NCBI GenBank assembly: GCA_963799005.1
Contig: CAWCVK010000001.1
Location: 867,691 to 931,690 of the forward strand
Direction: 5' to 3'
Source: Candidatus Dormiibacterota bacterium
GTDB lineage: Bacteria; Chloroflexota; Dormibacteria; Aeolococcales; Aeolococcaceae
Length of the DNA: 64,000 nucleotides
Shown here one piece after another: positions 47,750 to 56,951 of this stretch. Below the pieces are notes generated by a model, which saw only the letters and a list, made by a program, of their open reading frames with translations, was not told the origin of the DNA and ran no database searches. Positions within the stretch are counted from its first letter, which is position 1. Every line of letters begins with the position of its first letter. The position numbers were made by a program, and so were the translations under genes.

Positions 47750-49018
47750 TCAGACGCGAAGTAGCTCGAGCACCTCACCCGCGAGGTAGAGGGACCCACA
47801 CACCACGACCACGCCGTCGCACCCGGCACGGTCGCGGGCGCGATCGAGCGCGGTCCTGACGTCGGCGTCGGCTTCGGCACGGGGGTCGAACAGTCGTGAC
47901 AGGTCGGCGGGCGGGGTGGCCCGCTCCACCGCCGGCGCGGTCACGATGATCTCGCGGGTGAGCTCGCGCAACCCGGCGGCCATTGACTGGACGTCCTTGT
48001 TGCGCATCGCGGCGAAGACGGCGACACACCGGCGTCCGCCGACCAGCTCACGCGCCGCGGCGACCATGGCTGCCATTCCGGCGGGGTTGTGGGCGCCGTC
48101 GATCAGGATCGGGGGCGCGCCGTCGATCCAGTCCATGCGCCCCGGCCAGCGCACGGTCGCGCAGCCGAGGACGACAGCCTTCGCGTCGATGCCGGCGGCG
48201 GTGCCCGTCGCCCTGAGCGCGTCGCAGATCGCGACCGCGGTGGCAATGTTCGCGACCTGGAAGGCTCCGCGCAGCGGCGCGCGCACCGAGACCGGACGAC
48301 CGTCGAAGACCGTCTCGACCGCCACACCGCGCATCCCCTCGGAGTGCCCCAGGAATTCCACGTCGCTGCCGACAACGGTCAGGATCGCGCCGACCTCGGC
48401 GGCGCGCGCCCGCACCGGGCCGAGCCCGGGCTCGGATGCCCCGGTCACCACACGGTTGCCCGGCTTGATGATCGCCGCCTTCTCGCGGGCGATCTCGGGG
48501 ATCGTCTCACCGAGCAGGTCCTGGTGGTCGAGGGCGACGTTGGTCACCGCGGCGACGCCGAGGTCGAGCACATTGGTGCTGTCGAGCCGGCCGCCGAGGC
48601 CGACCTCGCACACGAGCACCTCGGCACCGGCCTCTCGCGCGACCAGGATGCCCGCGGCGGTGAGCACCTCGAACCCGGTGGGCTGAAGCTCCTCCGGGAG
48701 CGCCTCGGCCGCCTCCCAGACGCGAGCGACCAGCGCTCCGAACTCGGTCTCGGTGATCGGGGAGCCGTCGCGAACGATGCGCTCGCAGTACGAGATGAGG
48801 TGCGGGCTGGTGAGGAGGACAGATCGATACCCCGCCGCGCGGCAGATCGAATCGACGGTCGCGCACACCGATCCCTTGCCGTTGGTGCCCGCGACCAGGG
48901 CCCCGCGAAGGCCGAGGTGCGGATTGCCCAGCGCCGCGAGCAGGGCGCGGGTGCGTTCGAGCCCGGGCATGATGCCGCGCCACGCGACCGAGTTCGAGGG
49001 CGGCCACCGCTCGGGCAT
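47750..49018 (-). CDS. folC: folylpolyglutamate synthase/dihydrofolate synthase
   Basis: GTNGKGS, TSPHL, EVGLGGRLDSTN, DGAHNP, GSLYLAG. Confidence 0.96.
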   Translation of the reverse strand: MPERWPPSNSVAWRGIMPGLERTRALLAALGNPHLGLRGALVAGTNGKGSVCATVDSICRAAGYRSVLLTSPHLISYCERIVRDGSPITETEFGALVARVWEAAEALPEELQPTGFEVLTAAGILVAREAGAEVLVCEVGLGGRLDSTNVLDLGVAAVTNVALDHQDLLGETIPEIAREKAAIIKPGNRVVTGASEPGLGPVRARAAEVGAILTVVGSDVEFLGHSEGMRGVAVETVFDGRPVSVRAPLRGAFQVANIATAVAICDALRATGTAAGIDAKAVVLGCATVRWPGRMDWIDGAPPILIDGAHNPAGMAAMVAAARELVGGRRCVAVFAAMRNKDVQSMAAGLRELTREIIVTAPAVERATPPADLSRLFDPRAEADADVRTALDRARDRAGCDGVVVVCGSLYLAGEVLELLRV

Positions 49019-49030
49019 AGGTTGTCGCGG

Positions 49031-49588
49031 TCACGCCCAGTGCCAGACCTCGTTCATCGCCTCACCGGGGTCGGGCCGGCTGACGAGGAGGCGCAGCGCC
49101 CCGATCCAGGCTCGGCGCCGGTCGGAGGCATCGACGATCGACTCGATCGCGAGGTTGCGGTAGAGGCCACCGGTCTGATGAGCGAGCACCGCCTGCAACT
49201 CCTGGTACTCGAGGAGCCCCGAGGCATCCACGATCGCCGCGCGACCGCCCTCGGCGCTGATCACCAGCCGGAAGACACGCCCCTGTGCATCGTCGAAGGT
49301 CGATCGCGGCATGATCGTGATCGCGGCGATCGCGGGAAGGAGGCCGGCGACGCGATCCAGCCAGGCGCGCTGCGGGTCGGAAGAGCCCTCGGCCGCGGCG
49401 TCGACGAAGAGCTCACCGGCCAGGGCGAGCACCGCGGTCTGGAACTGCGTGTAGTACAGGAGATCGGCGCCGTTCAGCGCGACGCTGCCGACGTCGGTGC
49501 CGTCGTCGCCCGTGAACGTGACCATGAAGGGGCGCGCGTACGGCTTGCGCGCCTCGGACTCGCTCCAGCGAATGCGTATCGACGGCAT
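49031..49588 (-). CDS. hypothetical protein with internal two-fold repeat
   Basis: Sits in the folate operon between folD and folC with short spacing. Confidence 0.7.
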   Translation of the reverse strand: MPSIRIRWSESEARKPYARPFMVTFTGDDGTDVGSVALNGADLLYYTQFQTAVLALAGELFVDAAAEGSSDPQRAWLDRVAGLLPAIAAITIMPRSTFDDAQGRVFRLVISAEGGRAAIVDASGLLEYQELQAVLAHQTGGLYRNLAIESIVDASDRRRAWIGALRLLVSRPDPGEAMNEVWHWA

Positions 49589-49593
49589 CGGTC

Positions 49594-50460
49594 TCAGACC
49601 GGCACGAGCCCACGACGCGCCCGCGCAAGTGCCAGCGTGTTGCGGAGCAGCATGGCGATGGTCATCGGGCCGACGCCGCCCGGCACCGGGGTCAGCCAGC
49701 CCGCCACCGGCTCCACCGACAAACGGTCGACGTCGCCGGCCACGACACCGTCCTGCGGGGTCGTTCCCACGTCGATGACGAAGGCGCCGGGTTTGACGTA
49801 GGCCGCGTCGACCATGCGCGGACGGCCGATCGCGGCCACGAGGATATCGGCCTCGCGGCAGATGGACGCGAGGTCATGGGTTCTGGAGTGGCAGACGGTC
49901 ACCGTGGCATCGGCATTGGTGAGCATCAGCGCCAGCGGGCGTCCGACGATGGCGCTGCGCCCGATCACGACCGCCCGGCTGCCGCGCACCGGCACGTCGC
50001 TACGGCGGAGCAGTTCCATGCACCCGAGCGGTGTGCCCGGAGCGACCACGGCCGGATGGCCGGCGGCGAGCCGGCCGAAGTTGTAGGGATGGAAGCCGTC
50101 GGCATCCTTGCCCTGGGACACGCACTCGGTCACGGCCTGCGCGTCGATGTGCGCGGGCAGCGGCAGCTGCACGAGGATCGCGTCGACGCTGTCATCGCCG
50201 TCGAGCCGCGTCACCAGGTCGGCGAGCTCGGCGGTGGTGCTCTCCGCCGGGGGCCTGTGGAGCGCGAACCGGACGCCGGCGCGCTCGGCGGCGCGACCCT
50301 TGTTGCGCACGTAGATCGCCGACGCCGGGTCGTCACCGCACAGAACCACGGCGAGTGACGGCGGACGGCTGCCGTCCGCGGTCATGGCGACGATCTCCGC
50401 CGCGATCTCCTCGCGCAGCTCGGCGGCGATCGCCCTGCCGTCGACGATGACCGCGCTCAT
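49594..50460 (-). CDS. folD: methylene-THF dehydrogenase/cyclohydrolase
   Basis: ILVQLPLP, KDADG, GRSAIVGRP, TPVPGGVGPMT. Confidence 0.97.
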   Translation of the reverse strand: MSAVIVDGRAIAAELREEIAAEIVAMTADGSRPPSLAVVLCGDDPASAIYVRNKGRAAERAGVRFALHRPPAESTTAELADLVTRLDGDDSVDAILVQLPLPAHIDAQAVTECVSQGKDADGFHPYNFGRLAAGHPAVVAPGTPLGCMELLRRSDVPVRGSRAVVIGRSAIVGRPLALMLTNADATVTVCHSRTHDLASICREADILVAAIGRPRMVDAAYVKPGAFVIDVGTTPQDGVVAGDVDRLSVEPVAGWLTPVPGGVGPMTIAMLLRNTLALARARRGLVPV

Positions 50461-50840
50461 CGCCGGGCTCCCGTCGGCGCGAATCGCTCGATGATCACCG
50501 AGCAGCGGTCGATCGCTCCCGCGATCGGTGGCTGCTTGCCCACCCGGATCCTGACGCTGAGCACTCCGGGCTCGGCGAGCAGGCGCTCCGCGACGCGCGC
50601 GGCGATCGCCTCGATCAGGCTGTACTGCTGATCCTCGACGATGGTGCGAACCATGGCGAAAGCACGCGAATAGTCGAGCGTGTCGGCAATGTCGTCGCTG
50701 CGGCCGGCGGCCGACAGGTCCATGCGGATCTCCGCGTCGACGTGGAAACGGTTGCCGAGGGTGCGCTCGGCTTCCGTGTCGCCGTGATAGCCGTAGAACG
50801 ACATTCCCTCGAGGACGAGCAGATCCGGCGAGCCATCCAC
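50457..50840 (-). CDS. folB: dihydroneopterin aldolase
   Basis: FYGYHG..ERTLG..F..D..DY..LIE. Confidence 0.93.
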   Translation of the reverse strand: MDGSPDLLVLEGMSFYGYHGDTEAERTLGNRFHVDAEIRMDLSAAGRSDDIADTLDYSRAFAMVRTIVEDQQYSLIEAIAARVAERLLAEPGVLSVRIRVGKQPPIAGAIDRCSVIIERFAPTGARR

Positions 50841-50910
50841 GGCGCGATTGTACGGAGGCGCGCTGTCGCCGGCGGGACGCCCGCGCCGCTGCGGCGTGCG
50901 CGGCTGCGCC

Positions 50911-51180
50911 TCAGACTCCGCGAACGCCGCCCTCGGGTCGCAACACCTGCTCGTGATGGTCGACCGGGTTGACCATCACCACCTGAAAGAGATCCTCAAA
51001 ATCGCACGCGAACAGCTGCATGAGGGACTGGCGCAGCTTCGGCCCCGGGTTGCGGGTTCCTGCCTCCAGGGCGGGGATGTAGTTCTGGGTGACCCCGAGC
51101 CGGCGCGCCAGCTCGCGCTGGGTCAGGTGATGCTTGTCACGCATCGCCCGCAGACCGACCGCCCTCACTTCGACATTCAC
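50911..51180 (-). CDS. XRE-family HTH protein
   Basis: LTQRELARRLGVTQNYIPALEAG; GTG 7 nt after TATATT. Confidence 0.88.
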   Translation of the reverse strand: MNVEVRAVGLRAMRDKHHLTQRELARRLGVTQNYIPALEAGTRNPGPKLRQSLMQLFACDFEDLFQVVMVNPVDHHEQVLRPEGGVRGV

Positions 51181-51261
51181 ACGGACAAATATACCCACCT
51201 GTGAGTGTGTTCGTCAACGCAACCCAACTCGCCGGCCTCGCCGTCTGGTAGACCGTCACCT

Positions 51262-51792
51262 GTGAGCAGCCTCGCTCGCCTGCCGCTCCCCACCGCCCGG
51301 CTCGTCCTGGAACCGGTCTCCCACGCCCACGACAACGACCTGCTCCAGGCCGCGCTCGCCTCGCGTGCCGAGCTCCTGCCCTGGATGCCATGGGCGGTCG
51401 ACCTCTCCATGGACACGCAGTCGGCGTACACCGATCGAGCGCTGCCGGAATGGGAGGCAGGGTCGCCCGCCTTCGCTATCACCGAGCACGGCGTGGCCAT
51501 CGGCGTGATCGGGCTGACACGCGCAACCGAGTCCGACTATGAGATCCACTACTGGCTCGCCACCGAGTGCACCGGACGGGGCTACGTCACCGAGGCCGCC
51601 CAGGCTCTGCTCACCTGGGCTCGAGATGCGCTCGGGGCGCGCCGCATCGTGCTCCACGCCGGCATGGAGAACCGGCGCAGCCTCGCCGTCGCGGAGCGGC
51701 TCGGCTTCACGCGCGATGGTGAGCTCGACGGCGGCATGACCGGAGGAAGCGTCGCCGTGTTCCCCGCCTACCGGCACCACCTCGACCTTTAG
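51262..51792 (+). CDS. RimJ/RimL-type GNAT acetyltransferase
   Basis: EIHYWL..GRGYVTEA..NRRSLAVAERLGF. Confidence 0.9.
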   Translation: MSSLARLPLPTARLVLEPVSHAHDNDLLQAALASRAELLPWMPWAVDLSMDTQSAYTDRALPEWEAGSPAFAITEHGVAIGVIGLTRATESDYEIHYWLATECTGRGYVTEAAQALLTWARDALGARRIVLHAGMENRRSLAVAERLGFTRDGELDGGMTGGSVAVFPAYRHHLDL

Positions 51793-51797
51793 ATATT

Positions 51798-52664
51798 TCA
51801 GCCATTGCGCTTGAGCAGCCCCAGCCGCTTGGCGCGGCGTTCCGCCTTTGCGAACACCAGGACCCCGCACGGGATCAGCACGGCGCCCATGCCGAGCAGG
51901 AGCAGGATGGTTCCGAGCAGCGCGCCCGCGCCGGCGTGATCGAGCAATGCCGAACGGATGCCGGTGAGCGTGTACGTCAGGGGCGAAGCGTCTCCCATGA
52001 TCCGGAACACCGCCGGAAGCACGGTCAGCGGGTAGTACACCCCCGACACCAGCAGGAGCACTCCCTGCACGGCGACGGTCATCTGCTCGCCCTTCTCGGG
52101 CGACAGCAGCGGCAGGACCGACGTGAAGATGCCGAGGCCGAGCACGGGGAAGGTCGCGGCGGCCAGGACCAGGAGCGCCGACCCGATGTCGGCGTGGGAG
52201 AGGTCGAGGTGGAACGCCAGCGCGATCGCGACCAGGATGAGGACACTGCGCAGCATCGCATACACGATTGCGAACGAGCAGACGCCGAGCAGGTGGGTGA
52301 CGCGATGGACCGGCGCCATGAACGTGTACTCGATCGTCCCTTCCCACCGCTCCCACGCGATCGCGAAGGACACGTCGAAGAACATCAACGACAGATAGCT
52401 CCACAGCAGCGACCCGACCAGCAGGTACAGCTGGGCCTGCGCGATGTCGACCCGGGCGTTGGCGCCGCTGAACGAGCCCAGCCCCGAAGCGAGGTAGCCG
52501 ATGCTCAGCGTGCTGACGATGCTGTAGACCAGCCAGACGACCTCCCAGACCCAGTAACGGCGATAGAGGTTGCGCTGGCGCTCGAAGAATCCCAGAAACG
52601 CGTTGGCCTCGAGGCGCATCCCGCGCGAGCGCAGATCGACCTCCTGGATACCGGCACTCATCAC
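51798..52664 (-). CDS. ABC-2 type exporter permease
   Basis: ERWEGTIEYTF, SGVYYPLTVLP, SPLTY; about 6 TM segments. Confidence 0.92.
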   Translation of the reverse strand: MMSAGIQEVDLRSRGMRLEANAFLGFFERQRNLYRRYWVWEVVWLVYSIVSTLSIGYLASGLGSFSGANARVDIAQAQLYLLVGSLLWSYLSLMFFDVSFAIAWERWEGTIEYTFMAPVHRVTHLLGVCSFAIVYAMLRSVLILVAIALAFHLDLSHADIGSALLVLAAATFPVLGLGIFTSVLPLLSPEKGEQMTVAVQGVLLLVSGVYYPLTVLPAVFRIMGDASPLTYTLTGIRSALLDHAGAGALLGTILLLLGMGAVLIPCGVLVFAKAERRAKRLGLLKRNG

Positions 52665-53515
52665 GATTCCTCCTCGTCGTCGTCGACTTCGCTGTCGTCG
52701 TCGAAGCTCTTCCCGGTCAGCCGGAGGAACACATCCTCCAGCGATGATCCATCGCCCGACGCCCCGTGCTCGGCACGCAGCGCCTCGGCTGTGCCCTCGG
52801 CCAGGATCCGGCCGCGGTCGAGGATGACCACGCGATCACAGAGGCGCTCCGCCTCCTCCAGGTCGTGGGTGCTGAGCAGCACGGTCACGCCCGATTGCGA
52901 GCGGATGTCGCGCACGAATCCCTGCACCTCACGCTTCGAGCGCGGATCGAGACCGGTCGTCGGCTCGTCCATGAGCAGCAGCGAGGGGCTGGTCAGCAGG
53001 CTCCGGGCGATGGCGACCTTCTGCTGCTGTCCGCGTGACAGCTGCTTCATGGGTCGGTCGACCGTGTCACGCGGGAGTCCGAGCCTGATCAGCGCGGCGA
53101 TCGCGGCCTCGCGGGTGCCCCGTCCACCACGTCCGTAGAGACGCGTGGCGTAGGACAGGTTCTCCCATGGGCTCATCTCCTTGAAGAAGCTCGCCTCGAC
53201 CGAGACTCGATTCACGTGGCGGCGCACCTCATGGCCGTCGTCGACCACGTCGTGGCCGAAGACGCTCGCACTGCCCTCGTCCGGGATCGTCAGGGTTGCG
53301 AGCACGCGCAGCAGCGTTGATTTACCGCTGCCGTTGAGCCCGACGATCGCGACCATCTCCCCGTCGCGGACGCGCAGGTCCACGGCATCGACCGCACGTT
53401 TGAACGCCTGTGCCGGCGCGCGGCGACGCCATGGGCGTCCGCGTCGCTCGCGCCGGAACGACTTCACGAGCTTGGTCACCTCGACGGCGATGCCGCCGTC
53501 ACCTACCCTGGACAC
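52661..53515 (-). CDS. ABC exporter ATP-binding protein
   Basis: GLNGSGKS, LSRGQ, MDEPTTGLD, STH. GTG start 6 nt after SD AGGAG. Confidence 0.95.
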   Translation of the reverse strand: MSRVGDGGIAVEVTKLVKSFRRERRGRPWRRRAPAQAFKRAVDAVDLRVRDGEMVAIVGLNGSGKSTLLRVLATLTIPDEGSASVFGHDVVDDGHEVRRHVNRVSVEASFFKEMSPWENLSYATRLYGRGGRGTREAAIAALIRLGLPRDTVDRPMKQLSRGQQQKVAIARSLLTSPSLLLMDEPTTGLDPRSKREVQGFVRDIRSQSGVTVLLSTHDLEEAERLCDRVVILDRGRILAEGTAEALRAEHGASGDGSSLEDVFLRLTGKSFDDDSEVDDDEEES

Positions 53516-53550
53516 CGATTTCTCCTGCTCACTTTGATGCTCTCTTCTGG

Positions 53551-53588
53551 ACAAACAAAAGGACCGTGCCGGCCGGGCCGCACGATCC
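53551..53588 (-). terminator. intrinsic terminator within the ABC operon leader
   Basis: GGAUCGUGC..GCACGGUCC stem followed by UUUUGUUUGU. Confidence 0.8.
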
Positions 53589-53618
53589 TGTGAGCAGAGC
53601 TGTTCGATGCTCAGAGAC

Positions 53619-53693
53619 TCAAGGAGCGACCCCCGACGTGCGGACTCGTCCCTCTAACGGGGTGAGCCCGATGCCGATGCCCTGCGTCACCAT
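53619..53693 (-). CDS. putative 24-aa leader peptide MVTQGIGIGLTPLEGRVRTSGVAP
   Basis: SD GAGGAG 9-12 nt upstream of GTG/ATG; stops about 30 nt before the terminator. Confidence 0.5.
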   Translation of the reverse strand: MVTQGIGIGLTPLEGRVRTSGVAP

Positions 53694-53736
53694 CACAAAA
53701 AGGCGCTCCTCTGCGCGAAATAACGAACGAGCCGTC

Positions 53737-53765
53737 ATGGTAGGCGCTGCATGCCGCGCTGTCAA
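53737..53765 (-). promoter_or_regulatory. sigma70 promoter of the ABC operon leader
   Basis: TTGACA-N17-TACCAT on the minus strand. Confidence 0.8.
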
Positions 53766-53806
53766 ACCAGCGCCGCCGGCCGCGCGGACAACGCTATCCT
53801 CGGAGC

Positions 53807-54172
53807 ATGTGTCGCGTCTGCATGAAGCGACCGGAGATCCCCGACGAGCGCTACGGCCGCTGCGAGCAGTGCGTCAAGGCGGGTCGCAACGCCTTCCGTT
53901 TCCGGCTCTTTCCGGGGCGTGGGGGCACCGGGTTCACGGTCAAGGCCGGCGAGCTGTCGCCGCACGCGCTGCGCCAGAAGTGGCGCACACCGCTCGGCGC
54001 GTACAAGGGTCACCTCGCCACCAAGGCCAACCTGGGACTCCACGAGCTGGAGATGGTGACCGCCAAAGAGCGAGTCGAGAGCCTGCGCATCGCGCCCGAC
54101 CTCGCCGGCCACGACGCCGAGGTGCTCGCCGCCCTGCAGTCCGCCGCCGAGCGAACCGACTCGGCCTGGTGA
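53807..54172 (+). CDS. hypothetical protein with N-terminal Cys4 motif
   Basis: MCRVC...CEQC; ATG 6 nt after TATCCT. Confidence 0.75.
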   Translation: MCRVCMKRPEIPDERYGRCEQCVKAGRNAFRFRLFPGRGGTGFTVKAGELSPHALRQKWRTPLGAYKGHLATKANLGLHELEMVTAKERVESLRIAPDLAGHDAEVLAALQSAAERTDSAW

Positions 54173-54182
54173 GCCGCGGCCC

Positions 54183-55451
54183 TCAGCCTGAGATCAGCTT
54201 CCACCACAGGGATGGACCGGCGATGGGGGCGGTGCTAACCACGTTCCAGGTGATCGATGTCCCCGCGTCCAGCACGCCGGCGACCTCGCCGACGGTCGCA
54301 CCCGATGGAATCGGCGCACGAGGGGACAGGACGGTGATGTCGAGGCGAAGCATGGCGCCGGCACGGAGCAGTGCCACATCTGGTGCGTGATCGGCGATCG
54401 CCACCGACGAGCGGCTCCCCCACCGCGTCGAGATCGACCCAGCCACAGCCGGGGACCGCGCGGCGAGATCAATTGCCGCGTAGCCCGCAAGCGCTGCCGC
54501 AGCAGCGGTTCGCGCTGATGCGAAGGCTCCGCCAAGCTCGGGATGTCCCGGGTCACCGGCGCGCGATGACGGCTGTCCGAGCACCGCGCCCCAGACGGTG
54601 ACGGCACGACCCGGCGCATAGGACCTGGTGGCGGCGAATACAAGACACCCTCCGGCCGCTCCGGTCCACCCGGTCTTGATCCCCAGCCAGCCGGCCTGCA
54701 CGCCGAGCAGGATGTCGAGGTTGCGCAGCACGGTCCGGTCGGGGAGGGTGGACTGCCGCACCTGCACCAGCTCAGCAAGCGCCGGGTTGGCGGTCACCGC
54801 GCGCGCGAGCACGACCAGGTCATCGGCGGTGGAGACGGTCGCCCGGCTCAGACCGCTCGGATCGGCGAGGTGCGTGTGGGTCATACCCATCGCCGCCGCG
54901 GTCGCGTTGAGCCGCGCGATGAATGCCGAGCGATCGCCGGACACCCAGACCGCCAGCGTCTCGGCGATGTTGTCGGCTGACGGCAGCAGCAACGCCAGCA
55001 GCAGATCTCGCTCCGTGAGCACCTCGCCGCTCCGCACTCGAAGGTTCGATCCGCCCGCGGCAACCGCCTGCTGATACAGGGTCACGTCGGCGCCGGTCAT
55101 GGTGAGCGATGGGCCGGCGGCACCGGCCGCGATCGGGCGCGCCGCCAGAACCACGAGCGCGGTCAGCGCTTTGGCGACGGAGCCGATCGGGCGGACGGCG
55201 GTGGCGTCGCGGCTCGCCAGCGTCCCGTTCAGGCTGCTCGCGAGGGCGAAGCTCCCACCGGTGGGAATGGGAATCGGGGGCGGCGTGCTTCCATCCACGA
55301 GAAGCGTGGAGGGCGCGACGATGCTGACGGTCGGGTCCGGCAGCGGCGCCGTCAGACGCGCGGCGACCACGCTGGCCGCCGTGATCAGCACCACGCCGGC
55401 CACCGACACGAACGCGATCCACACCCACGACGTGCGCCGCGCCCGAGCCAT
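54183..55451 (-). CDS. D-alanyl-D-alanine carboxypeptidase (S11)
   Basis: SVAK (SxxK), SADN, KTG; N-terminal TM segment. Confidence 0.9.
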   Translation of the reverse strand: MARARRTSWVWIAFVSVAGVVLITAASVVAARLTAPLPDPTVSIVAPSTLLVDGSTPPPIPIPTGGSFALASSLNGTLASRDATAVRPIGSVAKALTALVVLAARPIAAGAAGPSLTMTGADVTLYQQAVAAGGSNLRVRSGEVLTERDLLLALLLPSADNIAETLAVWVSGDRSAFIARLNATAAAMGMTHTHLADPSGLSRATVSTADDLVVLARAVTANPALAELVQVRQSTLPDRTVLRNLDILLGVQAGWLGIKTGWTGAAGGCLVFAATRSYAPGRAVTVWGAVLGQPSSRAGDPGHPELGGAFASARTAAAAALAGYAAIDLAARSPAVAGSISTRWGSRSSVAIADHAPDVALLRAGAMLRLDITVLSPRAPIPSGATVGEVAGVLDAGTSITWNVVSTAPIAGPSLWWKLISG

Positions 55452-55547
55452 CAGGCTTGCTGGCGCGCGTCGACCCGTAGCATGCGTACGTGCCTATCGA
55501 CGACGACATCGCGCGGGTGGCGGCGTCATGTCACGCCGCTTGACGGA

Positions 55548-55862
55548 TCAGGCCTTGGCCCGGCGTGTGCCCCGCGCGCCCTTCACCGCGCTCGACAGCG
55601 AGGTGCTCGCCGAGAAGCGCACCACACGGCGCGCCGGCACCTTGACCGCCTCGCCGGTCCGCGGGTTGCGGCCGAGCCGAGCCGCGCGCTGTGCCGTCTT
55701 GAAGTTGCCGAAACCGTGGATGCGAACCTCGTCACCTTTTTCCAGCGATTGCGCGATGGTGTCGAAGAACCAGCGCACCTCATCGCGTGCCGCGGTGACG
55801 GTGATTTCTGCACGATCTGCGAGTTGCTTTGCGAGCACGTCGCGTGTCACGACTGTGGCCAT
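55548..55862 (-). CDS. hup: HU family DNA-binding protein
   Basis: VRIHGFGNF..RAARLGRNPRTGE. Confidence 0.95.
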   Translation of the reverse strand: MATVVTRDVLAKQLADRAEITVTAARDEVRWFFDTIAQSLEKGDEVRIHGFGNFKTAQRAARLGRNPRTGEAVKVPARRVVRFSASTSLSSAVKGARGTRRAKA

Positions 55863-55967
55863 GCGTTCTCTCCAGGAGTTTGACGGGGAAACGGGCGCGA
55901 TTGTAAGGAAAACCAACGTGCTTTCTCAACATCGATCGTGTCAGTCGCTGTGCTAGCGTCGCACCGA

Positions 55968-56951
55968 GTGTCGTCGGCGCACTTCGGCGTGGCAGATGCG
56001 GACTGGGACGTTGCGCTGCAGCGCATGGGCGGCCATTTCCTGCAGAGCTCCCTGTGGCAGCGCGTCCAGACCTCGCTCGGGCATGACGTGATCTGGGCTC
56101 GCAGCGAGCAGTGGATGTGGGCGGGCGCGATCCGCGCCGGCCACTTTCCTCGCTACGTCTACCTGCCGCACGGGCCGACGGCGACCTCGTCGGACGCGAT
56201 GACCGCCGCGCTGAGGGACGCCGTTGCCGCGGCGCGCGTGCGTTCGCTCGATTTCGTCCGCGCCGAACCGGCCGGAGCGGCGAAACCCGCACTGACCGCG
56301 TCGGGCGCTCATCCGAGCAGATCGATTCAGCCGCGCTGGACGTGGATCCTCGATCTCACCCCTGACGAGGCTGCGCTCCGTCGCGGCCTGAGCGGGGGGC
56401 ACCGAGGGGCGATCAACGCGGCCGAACGCCGCGGGTTGACCTTCCGTGCGAGCGGCGATCCGGAAGACATCGAGATCTTCCTCCGCCTCCAGCAGCGAAC
56501 CGCCGCGGCCGGCCGGTTTCGCGGGCAGGAGCAGGCGTATCACCGCGCGGTCGCACGCACGCTGATGCCCGTGCAGGCTGCCACGCTCTACATCGCGGAG
56601 GCGTCGGGAGCGCCTGTCGCCGCCGCGCTCGCCTTCGATTTCTCGGGGACCCGCTACTATGCGCACGCGGTTTCGGACCCGGAGTCGGGTCGCAGGCTGC
56701 AGGCTGCCGCGCCCCTGGCGTGGCGGATGATCCTCGACGCACGCGCGGCCGGCGCGCGGAGATTCGACTTCTGGGGAGTCCGCCCCGGTGCTCAGGCGGC
56801 GCCTGGAGCAGCGCCCCATCCCTGGGATGGGTTTTCACAGTTCAAGCGATCGTTCGGCGGCGAGGCGGTCGAGCGCGCCGGAACGTGGGACCTGGGCGTT
56901 CGTTCCCTGCGCCACACCCTGTATCGCGCCGCCGTCCGGCTGCGGCGATGA
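55968..56951 (+). CDS. FemABX-family lipid II peptidyltransferase 1
   Basis: HFLQSSLW, YLPHGP, YYAHAVS, FDFWGV, FKRSFGG. Confidence 0.88.
   Translation: MSSAHFGVADADWDVALQRMGGHFLQSSLWQRVQTSLGHDVIWARSEQWMWAGAIRAGHFPRYVYLPHGPTATSSDAMTAALRDAVAAARVRSLDFVRAEPAGAAKPALTASGAHPSRSIQPRWTWILDLTPDEAALRRGLSGGHRGAINAAERRGLTFRASGDPEDIEIFLRLQQRTAAAGRFRGQEQAYHRAVARTLMPVQAATLYIAEASGAPVAAALAFDFSGTRYYAHAVSDPESGRRLQAAAPLAWRMILDARAAGARRFDFWGVRPGAQAAPGAAPHPWDGFSQFKRSFGGEAVERAGTWDLGVRSLRHTLYRAAVRLRR

Noticed and set aside
53595-53714. Lysine, SAH or glycine riboswitch identity for the ABC leader
   Set aside because: Only the short AGAGGAGCG start resembles them; the other conserved cores are missing and gene context does not fit.
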